Shown in pieces: positions 37,183 through 45,791 of a stretch of 64,000 nucleotides of DNA. Numbering within the stretch: the first letter of the stretch is position 1; every line of letters begins with the position of its first letter. The position numbers were made by a program, and so were the translations under genes. The DNA is from Chloroflexota bacterium (GTDB taxonomy: Bacteria; Chloroflexota; Anaerolineae; Aggregatilineales; Phototrophicaceae). Where the stretch lies: contig JANRJX010000075.1 of NCBI GenBank assembly GCA_033763755.1, positions 47,548 to 111,547 on the forward strand, in the 5' to 3' direction. The notes beneath the pieces were generated by a model. The model was given only the letters and a program-made list of their open reading frames with translations. It had not been told where the DNA came from and did not search any database.

Positions 37183-38063
37183 TCGTGCGCCTCGCCGTCA
37201 TCAGTTGCGTTCTGCTGCTCGCGCTGATCGTTACCGCGCGGGCAAGTGGTATGCTGCTGGCTGATGGCGGGCAAGTCGCGTTCCAAAGCAGCCGTGACGG
37301 AGATGCAGACATCTGGTTGCTCGATGTGGCGCGCGGGCTGCTGCATAACCTGACCGTCGATAATCCTGACTTTGACGGCAGCCCTGCCTGGTCACCTGAC
37401 GGCAAAGCCCTGGCGTTTGACTCCGTGCGCCGTCGTGATGGGCAGCGCCAGGTGTATGTGATGGATCATGTGGGGCGTGCGGTACGGCTGCTGGTAGATT
37501 TGCCGGGCTCGCAGCCGTCCTGGTCGCCAGATGGAACACAGATCGCGTTCTATTCCAGCGCCACGCTGCTGGCAGATGTGCAGACTGGTGCAGTCCGCCC
37601 GCTCCCACCGAACGCGCTGCCGGAGTGGACTCAAACCGGACTGCGCGTGCTGCTGGCGAACAGTCGCGCTGCGCCACTTGCGCAAGCGGATGCGTACAGC
37701 GATTACGAACGCCTGGAGAATATGTCTTTCTTCAATACAGCGACCTGGGCAGCGGACAGGCAGCGTGTGGCGATGGCGTGGGAACAGGGTGGCGACATGG
37801 GCTTGTTCACGCTCGATGTGTCGTGTATGCCGCAGTGCGACGGGGCGATGCAGCGCATTCCGAACAGCAATGGTGGGGTACAACCGAGCTGGTCGCCTGA
37901 TGGAAGCTGGCTGGTGTATCTGTGCCCGCAGGTGCGTGGCGCACGCGCTTCCGGTGAGGCGGAAATCTGCATCATTCAGCCCGATGGCAGTGGACGGCGT
38001 GTCTTGACACAATCCCTCGTCAACGCCTTCAATACTGCGCCTGCGTGGAGACCATACCCGTGA
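37179..38063 (+). CDS. Exported PD40/TolB-like beta-propeller repeat protein (paralogue 2)
   Basis: ATGA overlap with the aldolase stop. Signal/anchor MIVRLAVISCVLLLALIVTARA. Blades PAWSPDGKALAF, PSWSPDGTQIAFY, PSWSPDGSWLVYL. The C-terminus is APAWRPYP. Confidence 0.8.
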   Translation: MIVRLAVISCVLLLALIVTARASGMLLADGGQVAFQSSRDGDADIWLLDVARGLLHNLTVDNPDFDGSPAWSPDGKALAFDSVRRRDGQRQVYVMDHVGRAVRLLVDLPGSQPSWSPDGTQIAFYSSATLLADVQTGAVRPLPPNALPEWTQTGLRVLLANSRAAPLAQADAYSDYERLENMSFFNTATWAADRQRVAMAWEQGGDMGLFTLDVSCMPQCDGAMQRIPNSNGGVQPSWSPDGSWLVYLCPQVRGARASGEAEICIIQPDGSGRRVLTQSLVNAFNTAPAWRPYP

Positions 38064-38068
38064 CACTC

Positions 38069-38959
38069 ATGCGCTGCGCCTGGTTTATCGCGCTCAGCAA
38101 TTTGCTGGCGCTTATCCTGATATCAATGAGCGCCCGCCGCTTGCCGGATGCGGGACAGCTTGCATTTACAAATGATCCGGGGGGTTACGCGGATATCTTT
38201 CTGTTTGACCTGCGCACCCACATCAGCGTTAATCTGACGCGCTCACCCGAACGGGACGAGATCGCCCCTACCTGGTCACCCGATGGTGAGCAGCTTGTTT
38301 TTCAGTCGCTCGACAAGCAAGCACTCACTGATGTCCTTTATGTCCGCCATATGCGCACTGGCAGCGAACGGCGCTTGACACACGATGGAACATACAGCTT
38401 CAGCCCGGACTGGTCACCGGACGGCACCCAAATTGTGTATGTGCTGGGTTACAATCTGATACGGGCAATCGAGCTGGATGGCAGCGATGATCACCAGATG
38501 GCGCGCGGAATTGACCCGGTATGGTCGCCAGATGGCACACAGGTTGCCTACATCACAATTGACGAAAGCGGTGGCACGCATCTGGCAAGTGTTAATGTGG
38601 CGACGGGTGTACGAAACTTTCTGAGTTTGGGAGCATTAGCATTGCTAACCCCGGCATGGTCGCCAGACGGCAGCCAGATTGCGCTGACCGTCGTCAACGA
38701 TCCGCGCGATGCTGATATTCATGTCTTTACGGTCGCCTGTTTGCCCGCCTGCCAGTCCGCACCTGTCTTACGCATCAACGATACAATGTCAGAGATCGCG
38801 CCCGCCTGGTCGCCGGACGGCACACAGATTGCCTATGTATGCGTGCGGCGCCCCACAACCAGCGATCTATGTGTGACGGACGTGACGACCCGTGAACGGC
38901 GCATCCTGACGGCAGTGCCACCGAACGTCAGCTATGGCAGCCCCGCCTGGCGACCTTAA
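38069..38959 (+). CDS. Exported PD40/TolB-like beta-propeller repeat protein (paralogue 3)
   Basis: ATG 38069 lies 5 nt after the preceding stop; the longest ORF begins at GTG 38045. Anchor MRCAWFIALSNLLALILISM. Five WSPDG blades. The C-terminus is SPAWRP. Confidence 0.8.
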   Translation: MRCAWFIALSNLLALILISMSARRLPDAGQLAFTNDPGGYADIFLFDLRTHISVNLTRSPERDEIAPTWSPDGEQLVFQSLDKQALTDVLYVRHMRTGSERRLTHDGTYSFSPDWSPDGTQIVYVLGYNLIRAIELDGSDDHQMARGIDPVWSPDGTQVAYITIDESGGTHLASVNVATGVRNFLSLGALALLTPAWSPDGSQIALTVVNDPRDADIHVFTVACLPACQSAPVLRINDTMSEIAPAWSPDGTQIAYVCVRRPTTSDLCVTDVTTRERRILTAVPPNVSYGSPAWRP

Positions 38960-38975
38960 CAGGTATAATTTCCGC

Positions 38976-40400
38976 ATGATACGCATCTTTGCATACTTCA
39001 TTGTGGCGTTGATGGTGCTGCCTGCCTGTGCGCCGCAGCCCCCACAGCAAACCTTCCGCGCCACGCCGGTGGTGGTGCAGGCGACCGCGCCAATGGTGCC
39101 GACGGCAACGCTGCTCCCGTCGCGCACACCAACCGCGACGTTTTCGCCAACACCAAGTTCGACTGCCACAGTTACAGTAACGCCGCAGCCGAGCGCGACA
39201 TCAACCGCGACTCAGACACAACCGCCATCGCCCACGCAGCCGCTGCTTTCGCTCACGCCGGCGTCCGTCATCGGCGCGCCACCTGCCATCACAGCACAAG
39301 CTGCCGGGCTATCGGCTGTCGACGGTTGGTCGTGTGGCGATTTCCCGTGTGAAGACGACATTGAAGGCTTTTTGCGGCGCATCGTCGTGCCCCCGGGCTT
39401 TACCGTATCGCCTGTGGGGCGCTTTCCCGGTCAGCCGATACAGATCGCCTATGGTCGCGATGGGCGGCTGTACGCGACCGTTTTGGAAAACGGCACGCGC
39501 ATGGGCGCGGTCTACGCGCTGACAGACGATGGCAGTGTCACCCGTTACGCGGGTGATTTTGTGTCGCCCGTCGGGCTGGCGTTCCAACCGGGGACAGATG
39601 TGCTGTATGTCAGCGCTCGGCGCACGCTCGATAGTGGCGGCGTCCTGTGGCGGGTTGCGCCCGGCACTGCGCCCGAAATCGTGCTGGATAACCTGCCGTG
39701 CTGCTTTCAGCTTGTCGATAATCAACCGAACGGTATGACGTTTGGTGCGGATGGCTGGCTCTATCTCGGCGTCGGCTCTTTGACCGATCGTGCCGAACCG
39801 CCCGACCCGCGCCGCACACAGTATGCCACGCTCGACCCGCTCGAAGCCGCCGTGCTGCGCATTCAGCCGCACACGGGGGAAGTCCTGGTGTACGCGCGCG
39901 GCATTCGCAATCCGTTTGATCTGGCGTTCAATAGTTTGGGGCGCGGCTATGCGACTGATCAGGGGTTGCTCGCGGGGCCGGGCGACCGGGTACTGGCGTT
40001 GCAACTCAATGGTCACTTCGGCTTCCCCTACTGGCGGTTACGTGGCTGCCCGGAGTGTCCGTTTGCTCCGTCGGATGTAACCGTCCTGCCTGATCTGGTT
40101 TCGCTTCCCGATTACACGCTTCCGCGCGGCATTGTCGCCTATACGGGAGTACAATTCCCCGCGAATTACTTTGACGGCCTGTTCGTTGTGTTGTGGAATG
40201 GCGTAGTAGGGGGGCAGCGTATCGTTCGCATTGACCCCGGTGCTGTTCCTGCTGACGCTGGTGAGCGCGCAGCCTACATGCCAGAACCGTTCATGACCGG
40301 GCTGATTCGTCCGATTGACGTGACAATTGCGCCGGATGGCTCATTGGTAGTTGCCGACTTCATCTACGGACATGTGTGGCGGGTAAGATATAGTAACTAA
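38976..40400 (+). CDS. Lipoprotein, PQQ-dependent sugar (glucose/sorbosone) dehydrogenase-like beta-propeller
   Basis: Lipobox MIRIFAYFIVALMVLPACAP and a Pro/Thr/Ser linker of about 100 aa. GSDH-like segments follow: PGFTVSPVGRFPGQPIQIAYGRDGRLYAT, GIRNPFDLAFN, PDGSLVVADFIYGHVWRV. Confidence 0.7.
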   Translation: MIRIFAYFIVALMVLPACAPQPPQQTFRATPVVVQATAPMVPTATLLPSRTPTATFSPTPSSTATVTVTPQPSATSTATQTQPPSPTQPLLSLTPASVIGAPPAITAQAAGLSAVDGWSCGDFPCEDDIEGFLRRIVVPPGFTVSPVGRFPGQPIQIAYGRDGRLYATVLENGTRMGAVYALTDDGSVTRYAGDFVSPVGLAFQPGTDVLYVSARRTLDSGGVLWRVAPGTAPEIVLDNLPCCFQLVDNQPNGMTFGADGWLYLGVGSLTDRAEPPDPRRTQYATLDPLEAAVLRIQPHTGEVLVYARGIRNPFDLAFNSLGRGYATDQGLLAGPGDRVLALQLNGHFGFPYWRLRGCPECPFAPSDVTVLPDLVSLPDYTLPRGIVAYTGVQFPANYFDGLFVVLWNGVVGGQRIVRIDPGAVPADAGERAAYMPEPFMTGLIRPIDVTIAPDGSLVVADFIYGHVWRVRYSN

Positions 40401-40421
40401 TGATGTGTACGTAACGAATTG

Positions 40422-40445
40422 AAAGTGCAGTGTTCGCTGCACTTT
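40422..40445 (+). terminator. Stem-loop after the dehydrogenase-like gene
   Basis: aaagtgcag-tgttcg-ctgcacttt forms a 9-bp stem. Two more direct copies of ctgcac follow before the next start codon. Confidence 0.45.
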
Positions 40446-40476
40446 ACACCCTGCACTCTGCACAGAAGAGATTGTT

Positions 40477-41010
40477 ATGCCAACGACGGAAATTCTGATC
40501 AGCGCGCTTGTGATTTTCGTGCTGCGCATTCTCAACAGTGGCATCGGCACGCTGCGTCTGATCGTAGTCACGCGCGGGCAGCGGCTGCTTTCGGCAGTGA
40601 TGGCGTTCATCGAAGCGCTGACGTTTGCCTATGCCATTGCGATTGTTTCGAATAACCTGAACAATCCCTGGAATCTGGCAGCATATTGCGGCGGATTTTC
40701 GGTGGGTGCGTATCTGGCGATGGTGCTGGAGTCGAGGCTGATCCGTAGTTTTGTCAGCATCAACATCATCGCCAAAACGCGCGGACACGAGATTGCAATG
40801 GCACTGCGCGCCGCGGGTTTTGGCGTGACGGAGACGGAAGGAGAAGGGCGCGATGGCGTTGTCACGGTATTGCGTAGCATTGTTGTCAGCCGTGATGTGT
40901 CGCGCGCCCTGGCAATTGTACATGAGACACAGGATGATGCCTTTATTGCGGTCGAACCTGCCCTGACCTTGTATCGCGGTTATATGGGCGGGCGCACGAC
41001 ACAGCTCTAG
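40477..41010 (+). CDS. UPF0316 family membrane protein (DUF2179-containing)
   Basis: N-terminal three-TM region ILISALVIFVLRILNSGIGTLRLIVVTRGQR, and a C-terminal soluble domain GFGVTETEGEGRDG matching the UPF0316 pattern. Confidence 0.65.
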   Translation: MPTTEILISALVIFVLRILNSGIGTLRLIVVTRGQRLLSAVMAFIEALTFAYAIAIVSNNLNNPWNLAAYCGGFSVGAYLAMVLESRLIRSFVSINIIAKTRGHEIAMALRAAGFGVTETEGEGRDGVVTVLRSIVVSRDVSRALAIVHETQDDAFIAVEPALTLYRGYMGGRTTQL

Positions 41011-41034
41011 CACGCATTCACCTTACTATCAACG

Positions 41035-41400
41035 TTACTTTGTCTGCGCTGTGTCGAAGTATTCTCGCCAGTAGAAGATTTTCCCATCACGCACGGTGAA
41101 AATAATCGCATCATCCGTCATATGACGTTTCCCGGTTGCAATGCGCGTTTCGTTCCACGTCCATTCCACTGCACCAAAGTTGTTCATCAGAATAACGCGC
41201 GACACATTAATCTTCACGTCGCGTGCTGCGGCAAAAAAGTCCATCGCAGTCTGTCGAATTGCATCCTTGCCTTCCCAACGCCCATTGGGCGAAATGAAGA
41301 CCCCGTTAGGAGCAAAGTCTGCAACGATGGCATCCAGATCTGCGCGCTCCCAGGCGCGAGCCTGTCGTTCCACCAAAATACGTGCGTCTTCTACTGTCAT
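41035..41400 (-). CDS. SnoaL-like / NTF2-fold protein
   Basis: MTVEDARILVERQARAWERADLDAIVADFAPNGVFISPNG... is typical of the SnoaL/DUF4440 fold. Start at ATG 41400; the longest ORF begins at 41472. Confidence 0.6.
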   Translation of the reverse strand: MTVEDARILVERQARAWERADLDAIVADFAPNGVFISPNGRWEGKDAIRQTAMDFFAAARDVKINVSRVILMNNFGAVEWTWNETRIATGKRHMTDDAIIFTVRDGKIFYWREYFDTAQTK

Positions 41401-41573
41401 CACAATCTCACTCACCTGTAGGGGAAATATGCCTCGCTCATCACTCGCGTTACTCCATAATGAGCTAACCACCAGAATGTCATTATAACACGGGCTTCAC
41501 TAATTGTAACGTTTAGCCGCTATTGCAGTTATATTAGCTCGACAATTCGACTAAACTATTGTGTAAAGTGTAC

Positions 41574-42458
41574 TTAGTCGTCATCCTGTCCGACCAACTC
41601 GGCATTTGGATCCACCCATTTGCAGCCACCTTCTTTCTCCGGGCGGATGTGTGGCTGCATGACGTCTTCGTAGCCCTTCCAGGCATATGGATCGACGCCG
41701 GCGACCATGACGACATCACGGTGATCGAGCTGTGCGGTCCATTGCCCGTCTTTCAGTGCCCGCCAAGGCAGCAGCGACTCAGCGCTCATATAGTGGTTCA
41801 CAAGGGCACGACGGTAGCCTGTTGTGGCAACATTTTGCAGCGAACGATGGAGCGTGTAGCCATTAAAGAAGACGACAGTACCTGCTTTGACTTCGACGGG
41901 GATAGCCTCTTCATCGCGATAGGGAAAACCGACAGAGACATCGGCACAATCGAATGCTGGGTCATCCTGTGCCTTCATCTCCCAGAGTATGCCGGGTTTG
42001 TGGGAACCGGGAATGATCCACAGGCAGCCGTTTTCGACCGTCGCATCATCCATCGCGATCCACACGCCGCACAGAGACCGATCGCGTGTGGGAATGAAGT
42101 CCTCATCCTGATGCCATGCCTGTCCCGGCTTGCCCGCCGATTTGATGAAGAGCATTGATTGCATGCACTTGACATTAGGACCAATGACTTGCGTCAAGAC
42201 ATCCACGACGCGCGGATGCACCATTGCGTCGCACATGACATGCGAAAGTTTGTGGGGAAAGTGGATGCACAGGACACGGCGCTGCATGTCGTCGTCGCTA
42301 TCGCCGAACTGTGCGGCGGGCAGACCACTAATTGTACCCAGATCACCTCGACAAATGCGCGCTGTTTCGTCACGCAGTCCGGCGATTTCCTGTGGGCTGA
42401 ACAGGTCAGGAATGATCAGGTAGCCATATTCGTGGTAAAAGTTGGCGTAATGAGACAT
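41574..42458 (-). CDS. Phytanoyl-CoA dioxygenase (PhyH) family Fe(II)/2-oxoglutarate oxygenase
   Basis: N-terminus YHEYGYLIIPDLFSPQEIAGLRDE, plus GQAWHQDEDF and VVFFNGYTLHRS motifs. Confidence 0.75.
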   Translation of the reverse strand: MSHYANFYHEYGYLIIPDLFSPQEIAGLRDETARICRGDLGTISGLPAAQFGDSDDDMQRRVLCIHFPHKLSHVMCDAMVHPRVVDVLTQVIGPNVKCMQSMLFIKSAGKPGQAWHQDEDFIPTRDRSLCGVWIAMDDATVENGCLWIIPGSHKPGILWEMKAQDDPAFDCADVSVGFPYRDEEAIPVEVKAGTVVFFNGYTLHRSLQNVATTGYRRALVNHYMSAESLLPWRALKDGQWTAQLDHRDVVMVAGVDPYAWKGYEDVMQPHIRPEKEGGCKWVDPNAELVGQDDD

Positions 42459-42462
42459 CCGT

Positions 42463-43311
42463 CTATCCTTTCAATGCTCCCTCCAGCATAGCACGGAAAA
42501 AGACCCGCCGCAGTGCCAGAAAGACGATTAATACCGGAATAACGATGACAATAGCGGCGGCTGCCCAAACGTTGTAGGCGATCTCGAACGATGATTGGAA
42601 ATCATACAAGCCGACGGTGGCGGTCTTGTCCTGAATTGCCAGCACGACGGCTGCGAGAAATTCATTCCAAGTATCAACAAAGTTGAGCAGGAAAGCGGCG
42701 AACAAGCCCGGCAGCGCCAGTGGCACGACGATATACCACAGCGCGGCAAGGGGAGTGCAGCCGTCAATCTGCGCCGCTTCTTCCAGTTCGATTGGAATGC
42801 TCTCGAAGAACGAGCGTACAATCCAGATGCTGAAGGGTAGCCCACCTGCGGTGTAGACGAGGATCATGATCTCGTTGGTATTCAGCAATCGCCATTCGCT
42901 CGCCATGCGGTAGAGTGGCAGCAGGTTGGTCAAGCCGGGTATCAGCATTAACCCTAAGATGAGAATCTCCAGCACACGGCTGCCGGGAAACTTGTAGCGT
43001 GTGAAGGTGTACGCGGCTAACCCCGCCAGCGGTACAATCAGCAGCGAAGAGCCAAACGAGTTGATGAATGTGTTGGGCAGGTATTCGCGCATCATGTTGC
43101 TGCCGTTGATGACGGTATCGTAAGCCTCCAGCGACCATTCGCGTGGTAGGAAGCTTGGCGGTGAGGTTAACACATCGCCGCGTGACTTGAGCGAGGTCAT
43201 GAGCGTGTAGAGGACCGGGAAGATGAAGACCAGTGCCAGCGAGAATAGAATCACATGCGTGCTCAAAGTGTCTAAACGTTTTTCCCAGCGTGGGCGCACC
43301 ATGCTGCTCAT
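42463..43311 (-). CDS. Carbohydrate ABC transporter permease (MalG type)
   Basis: EAA loop EEAAQIDGCTPLAALWYIVVPLALPG, with 6 TM helices. Confidence 0.85.
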   Translation of the reverse strand: MSSMVRPRWEKRLDTLSTHVILFSLALVFIFPVLYTLMTSLKSRGDVLTSPPSFLPREWSLEAYDTVINGSNMMREYLPNTFINSFGSSLLIVPLAGLAAYTFTRYKFPGSRVLEILILGLMLIPGLTNLLPLYRMASEWRLLNTNEIMILVYTAGGLPFSIWIVRSFFESIPIELEEAAQIDGCTPLAALWYIVVPLALPGLFAAFLLNFVDTWNEFLAAVVLAIQDKTATVGLYDFQSSFEIAYNVWAAAAIVIVIPVLIVFLALRRVFFRAMLEGALKG

Positions 43312-44225
43312 GATTGTTTATCCTTCTGGCGAGTAATGATCCACAGATAGACGGCGGCGAGCGCGACATTGAAAATGAACATCACGACTGAGACGGCTGC
43401 CCCACGAGCGAAATTGCCTTCGCCCCATGATACCCGGTACAAAAACGTCGCCATCGTTGTCGTTGCGTCACCGGGTCCGCCGCGCGTGGTTGCCAGGATG
43501 AGACCGACGGTGTTGACACTGCGGATGGTGGTTAGCAGCAGCGCGATCAGGAAAGTGGACTGAATGATGGGGAACGTTACGCGCCAGAACGATTGAAAAC
43601 GACTCGCGCCATCGAGCGCTGCGCTCTCCAGCACTTCTGCCGGGACAGTTTGCAGCGCTCCCAGAAACAGGATCGCCGTGAACGCTACCGCACGCCAGAT
43701 CGACGCGGCGATAACGATGCCCATTGCTCCATCCGGGTTGATGTAAATCGAGTCACCAAAGATCGGGCGTAGCCAGTCCTGGAGCAGACCGTAATCTTCC
43801 AGGAACATCCAGCGCCACATTGTCCCTGCTACAACGTCCGACAGCACCCAGGGAACGAAAATGACCACCAGATACCAGCCGCTAAAGCGCACGCGCCGAT
43901 TGACGAGAATTGCGACGAGTAAGCCTAGCCCAATCGTCAGCACAACATACCAGAATGAGAACGTGATGGTACGCCAGACACTATCATGAAAATCACTATT
44001 GTTTAGCAGCAGTTCAAAATTGGTCAGTCCCATAAATTCAAATTCGCCGCGCCGCTGGCGGGTCAAACTCAGGTAAACGGCGTAGATCGTTGGGTACACC
44101 TGTAAGACCAGCAGCACCGCCAGCGCAGGCAACAGCATCCATAATGAAACATATTTGCGCAGCCGACCGGGAGCGTTGGTGGATTCACGTCCGGTTGTGT
44201 TACGGGTGGCGGATAAAGTAGACAA
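43308..44225 (-). CDS. Carbohydrate ABC transporter permease (MalF type)
   Basis: EAA loop ESAALDGASRFQSFWRVTFPII. 4-nt overlap with the downstream permease gene. Confidence 0.85.
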   Translation of the reverse strand: MSTLSATRNTTGRESTNAPGRLRKYVSLWMLLPALAVLLVLQVYPTIYAVYLSLTRQRRGEFEFMGLTNFELLLNNSDFHDSVWRTITFSFWYVVLTIGLGLLVAILVNRRVRFSGWYLVVIFVPWVLSDVVAGTMWRWMFLEDYGLLQDWLRPIFGDSIYINPDGAMGIVIAASIWRAVAFTAILFLGALQTVPAEVLESAALDGASRFQSFWRVTFPIIQSTFLIALLLTTIRSVNTVGLILATTRGGPGDATTTMATFLYRVSWGEGNFARGAAVSVVMFIFNVALAAVYLWIITRQKDKQS

Positions 44226-44268
44226 AAGGGTTCTCCGTAGCGACTCAATGGACTCTATTGAGTACGAA

Positions 44269-44292
44269 CAAGGGGCTAGATGCAGCCCCTTG
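44269..44292 (-). other. Intercistronic stem-loop between the SBP and permease genes
   Basis: caaggggct-agatgc-agccccttg forms a 9-bp stem. A second 7-bp hairpin, actcaat...attgagt, lies at about 44243-44264. Confidence 0.5.
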
Positions 44293-44320
44293 CTTTGTGA
44301 CAGGTCAGCAGAACGGTGCG

Positions 44321-45601
44321 TTAACGCTGCGCCGCAACGTCGGCGTTGTACTCATCCTGTGCCGTCTGTAACTCGGTCAGAATATCCAGCTCAGGATCGA
44401 GCAGCAGCGCGGTGATCGTGTTGGCAATCTTGGTGGCGCCGGCGCTGTAATCGAAGAAGGCAGGGGGGGGCGCGCCATACGTGTTCAGGATTTCCGATAC
44501 GCCAGTCCAGTACGGTGTCTGGAAGGCTTCGGTTTCCAAACCACTGACCAGAGTGGGTAGACCACCGTAGGAGGCAGCGTAGGCGCTGTTGCGGGCGCTG
44601 GTCATGTGCCAATCAATGAAGGCGAGTGCGGCTTCCACGTTTGCCGAGCCGGACGGAATTGCCCAGCCGTTGACATTGATGAAGCTGACCGGAGTGCTGC
44701 CCGTCAGATGCAGCGGCGGCGCGAACGCCAGCGCGCCTGCTTCGAGCGCGGTGGAGACAGCCGTCGAGTCGGCAGGGAATTCCACACCATCCGGTGAAGT
44801 CAGCGGGTTGAGGAAGACATACGACCACGACCCAGCGACAAACATACCCGCCGTGCCGTCTTTGAAGGCGTTTTCGAAGTCGAAGCCTGCTGCCAGTGAC
44901 GTGTCGGGGATGTCTCCATTGGCGTGCAGTTCACGCAGGAATTCGATTGCCGCGACCGATTCGGGCGATGCCCAGGTTGCGTTGCCTTCGGCATCTGCCA
45001 GCACTGCGCCGTAGCTCGCCATCAACGGGTAGAAGAAGACTTCGAAGCCGAACTGCTCAGTGTTCTTGCCCGTCAGACGATATTCAGTCGTGACGTTGCC
45101 CATCAATGCATCAGTGCTGCCATCAAACCCATCCGGGAAAGCAGCTGTCCAGTAGTACGACAGTGTACCTTGTGAAACAGTCGGTACGCACAGAATCGTG
45201 CCATCGGGCGCGGTGCAAGCCGCCAGCGCGGTCGGGCTAAGGTCTTCAAACCACGATGCATTGGTGACGAACTCGGTCAGGTCGGTCAGTGTGCCGTTGA
45301 TGAAGTAGCGGCTGAGGAACGGCGTATCCATATATGACAGGTCGGGGATTTCGCCACCCGCCAGCACTGCGCTGTTCAGGTCCGTATTGATCGTGTCGAA
45401 CGGGCGCGTCACGTTGTCAATCGCAACACCAGTATCCGCCGCATATTCTTCGATCAGTGCAGCCATCCATTCGTCCTGAATGTTTTGCGGGCTTTCGGAA
45501 TTGTACTTTGTCCAGATCGTGAGCGAGTCTTGCGCGAATAGGGTGTTGACGCTGAGGGTGAGCAGCATCAGTGCCAGCAGAAACAGAACAACACGTTTCA
45601 T
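44321..45601 (-). CDS. ABC transporter substrate-binding protein (family 1, CUT1 sugar type)
   Basis: Signal peptide MKRVVLFLLALMLLTLSVNTLFAQD. 426 aa, lying upstream of two CUT1 permease genes. Confidence 0.8.
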   Translation of the reverse strand: MKRVVLFLLALMLLTLSVNTLFAQDSLTIWTKYNSESPQNIQDEWMAALIEEYAADTGVAIDNVTRPFDTINTDLNSAVLAGGEIPDLSYMDTPFLSRYFINGTLTDLTEFVTNASWFEDLSPTALAACTAPDGTILCVPTVSQGTLSYYWTAAFPDGFDGSTDALMGNVTTEYRLTGKNTEQFGFEVFFYPLMASYGAVLADAEGNATWASPESVAAIEFLRELHANGDIPDTSLAAGFDFENAFKDGTAGMFVAGSWSYVFLNPLTSPDGVEFPADSTAVSTALEAGALAFAPPLHLTGSTPVSFINVNGWAIPSGSANVEAALAFIDWHMTSARNSAYAASYGGLPTLVSGLETEAFQTPYWTGVSEILNTYGAPPPAFFDYSAGATKIANTITALLLDPELDILTELQTAQDEYNADVAAQR

Positions 45602-45749
45602 AGCAGCTTCCTCGATATCCTAAAAAACGATTCTGTGTTTATAACGCACACGGGGTTGAAATGCGAATGAGTGTTCTCTACGAAGTTATGGTCAGGCGAA
45701 TTGGTGGGTTAGAACAAATGTGATCGATTGGCGGTCGTTCGCCTTTGTG

Positions 45750-45780
45750 GACAGGGGTAGCTCCGCGAGTCACCCCTGTC
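45750..45780 (-). terminator. Stem-loop downstream of coaE
   Basis: gacaggggt (45750-45758) pairs with acccctgtc (45772-45780), with a 13-nt loop. Confidence 0.5.
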
Positions 45781-45791
45781 TGCGGCAGAGC

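Noticed and set aside
33200-38900. Recurrent nucleotide motif tggtc(a/g)cc(a/g/t)ga(t/c)gg spaced through three genes, considered as a possible CRISPR-like or tandem DNA repeat.
   Set aside because: The copies encode the WSPDG blade motif of PD40 propellers. Spacing is irregular (blade-length), and the intervening sequence is coding and homologous between blades. It is not a CRISPR array.
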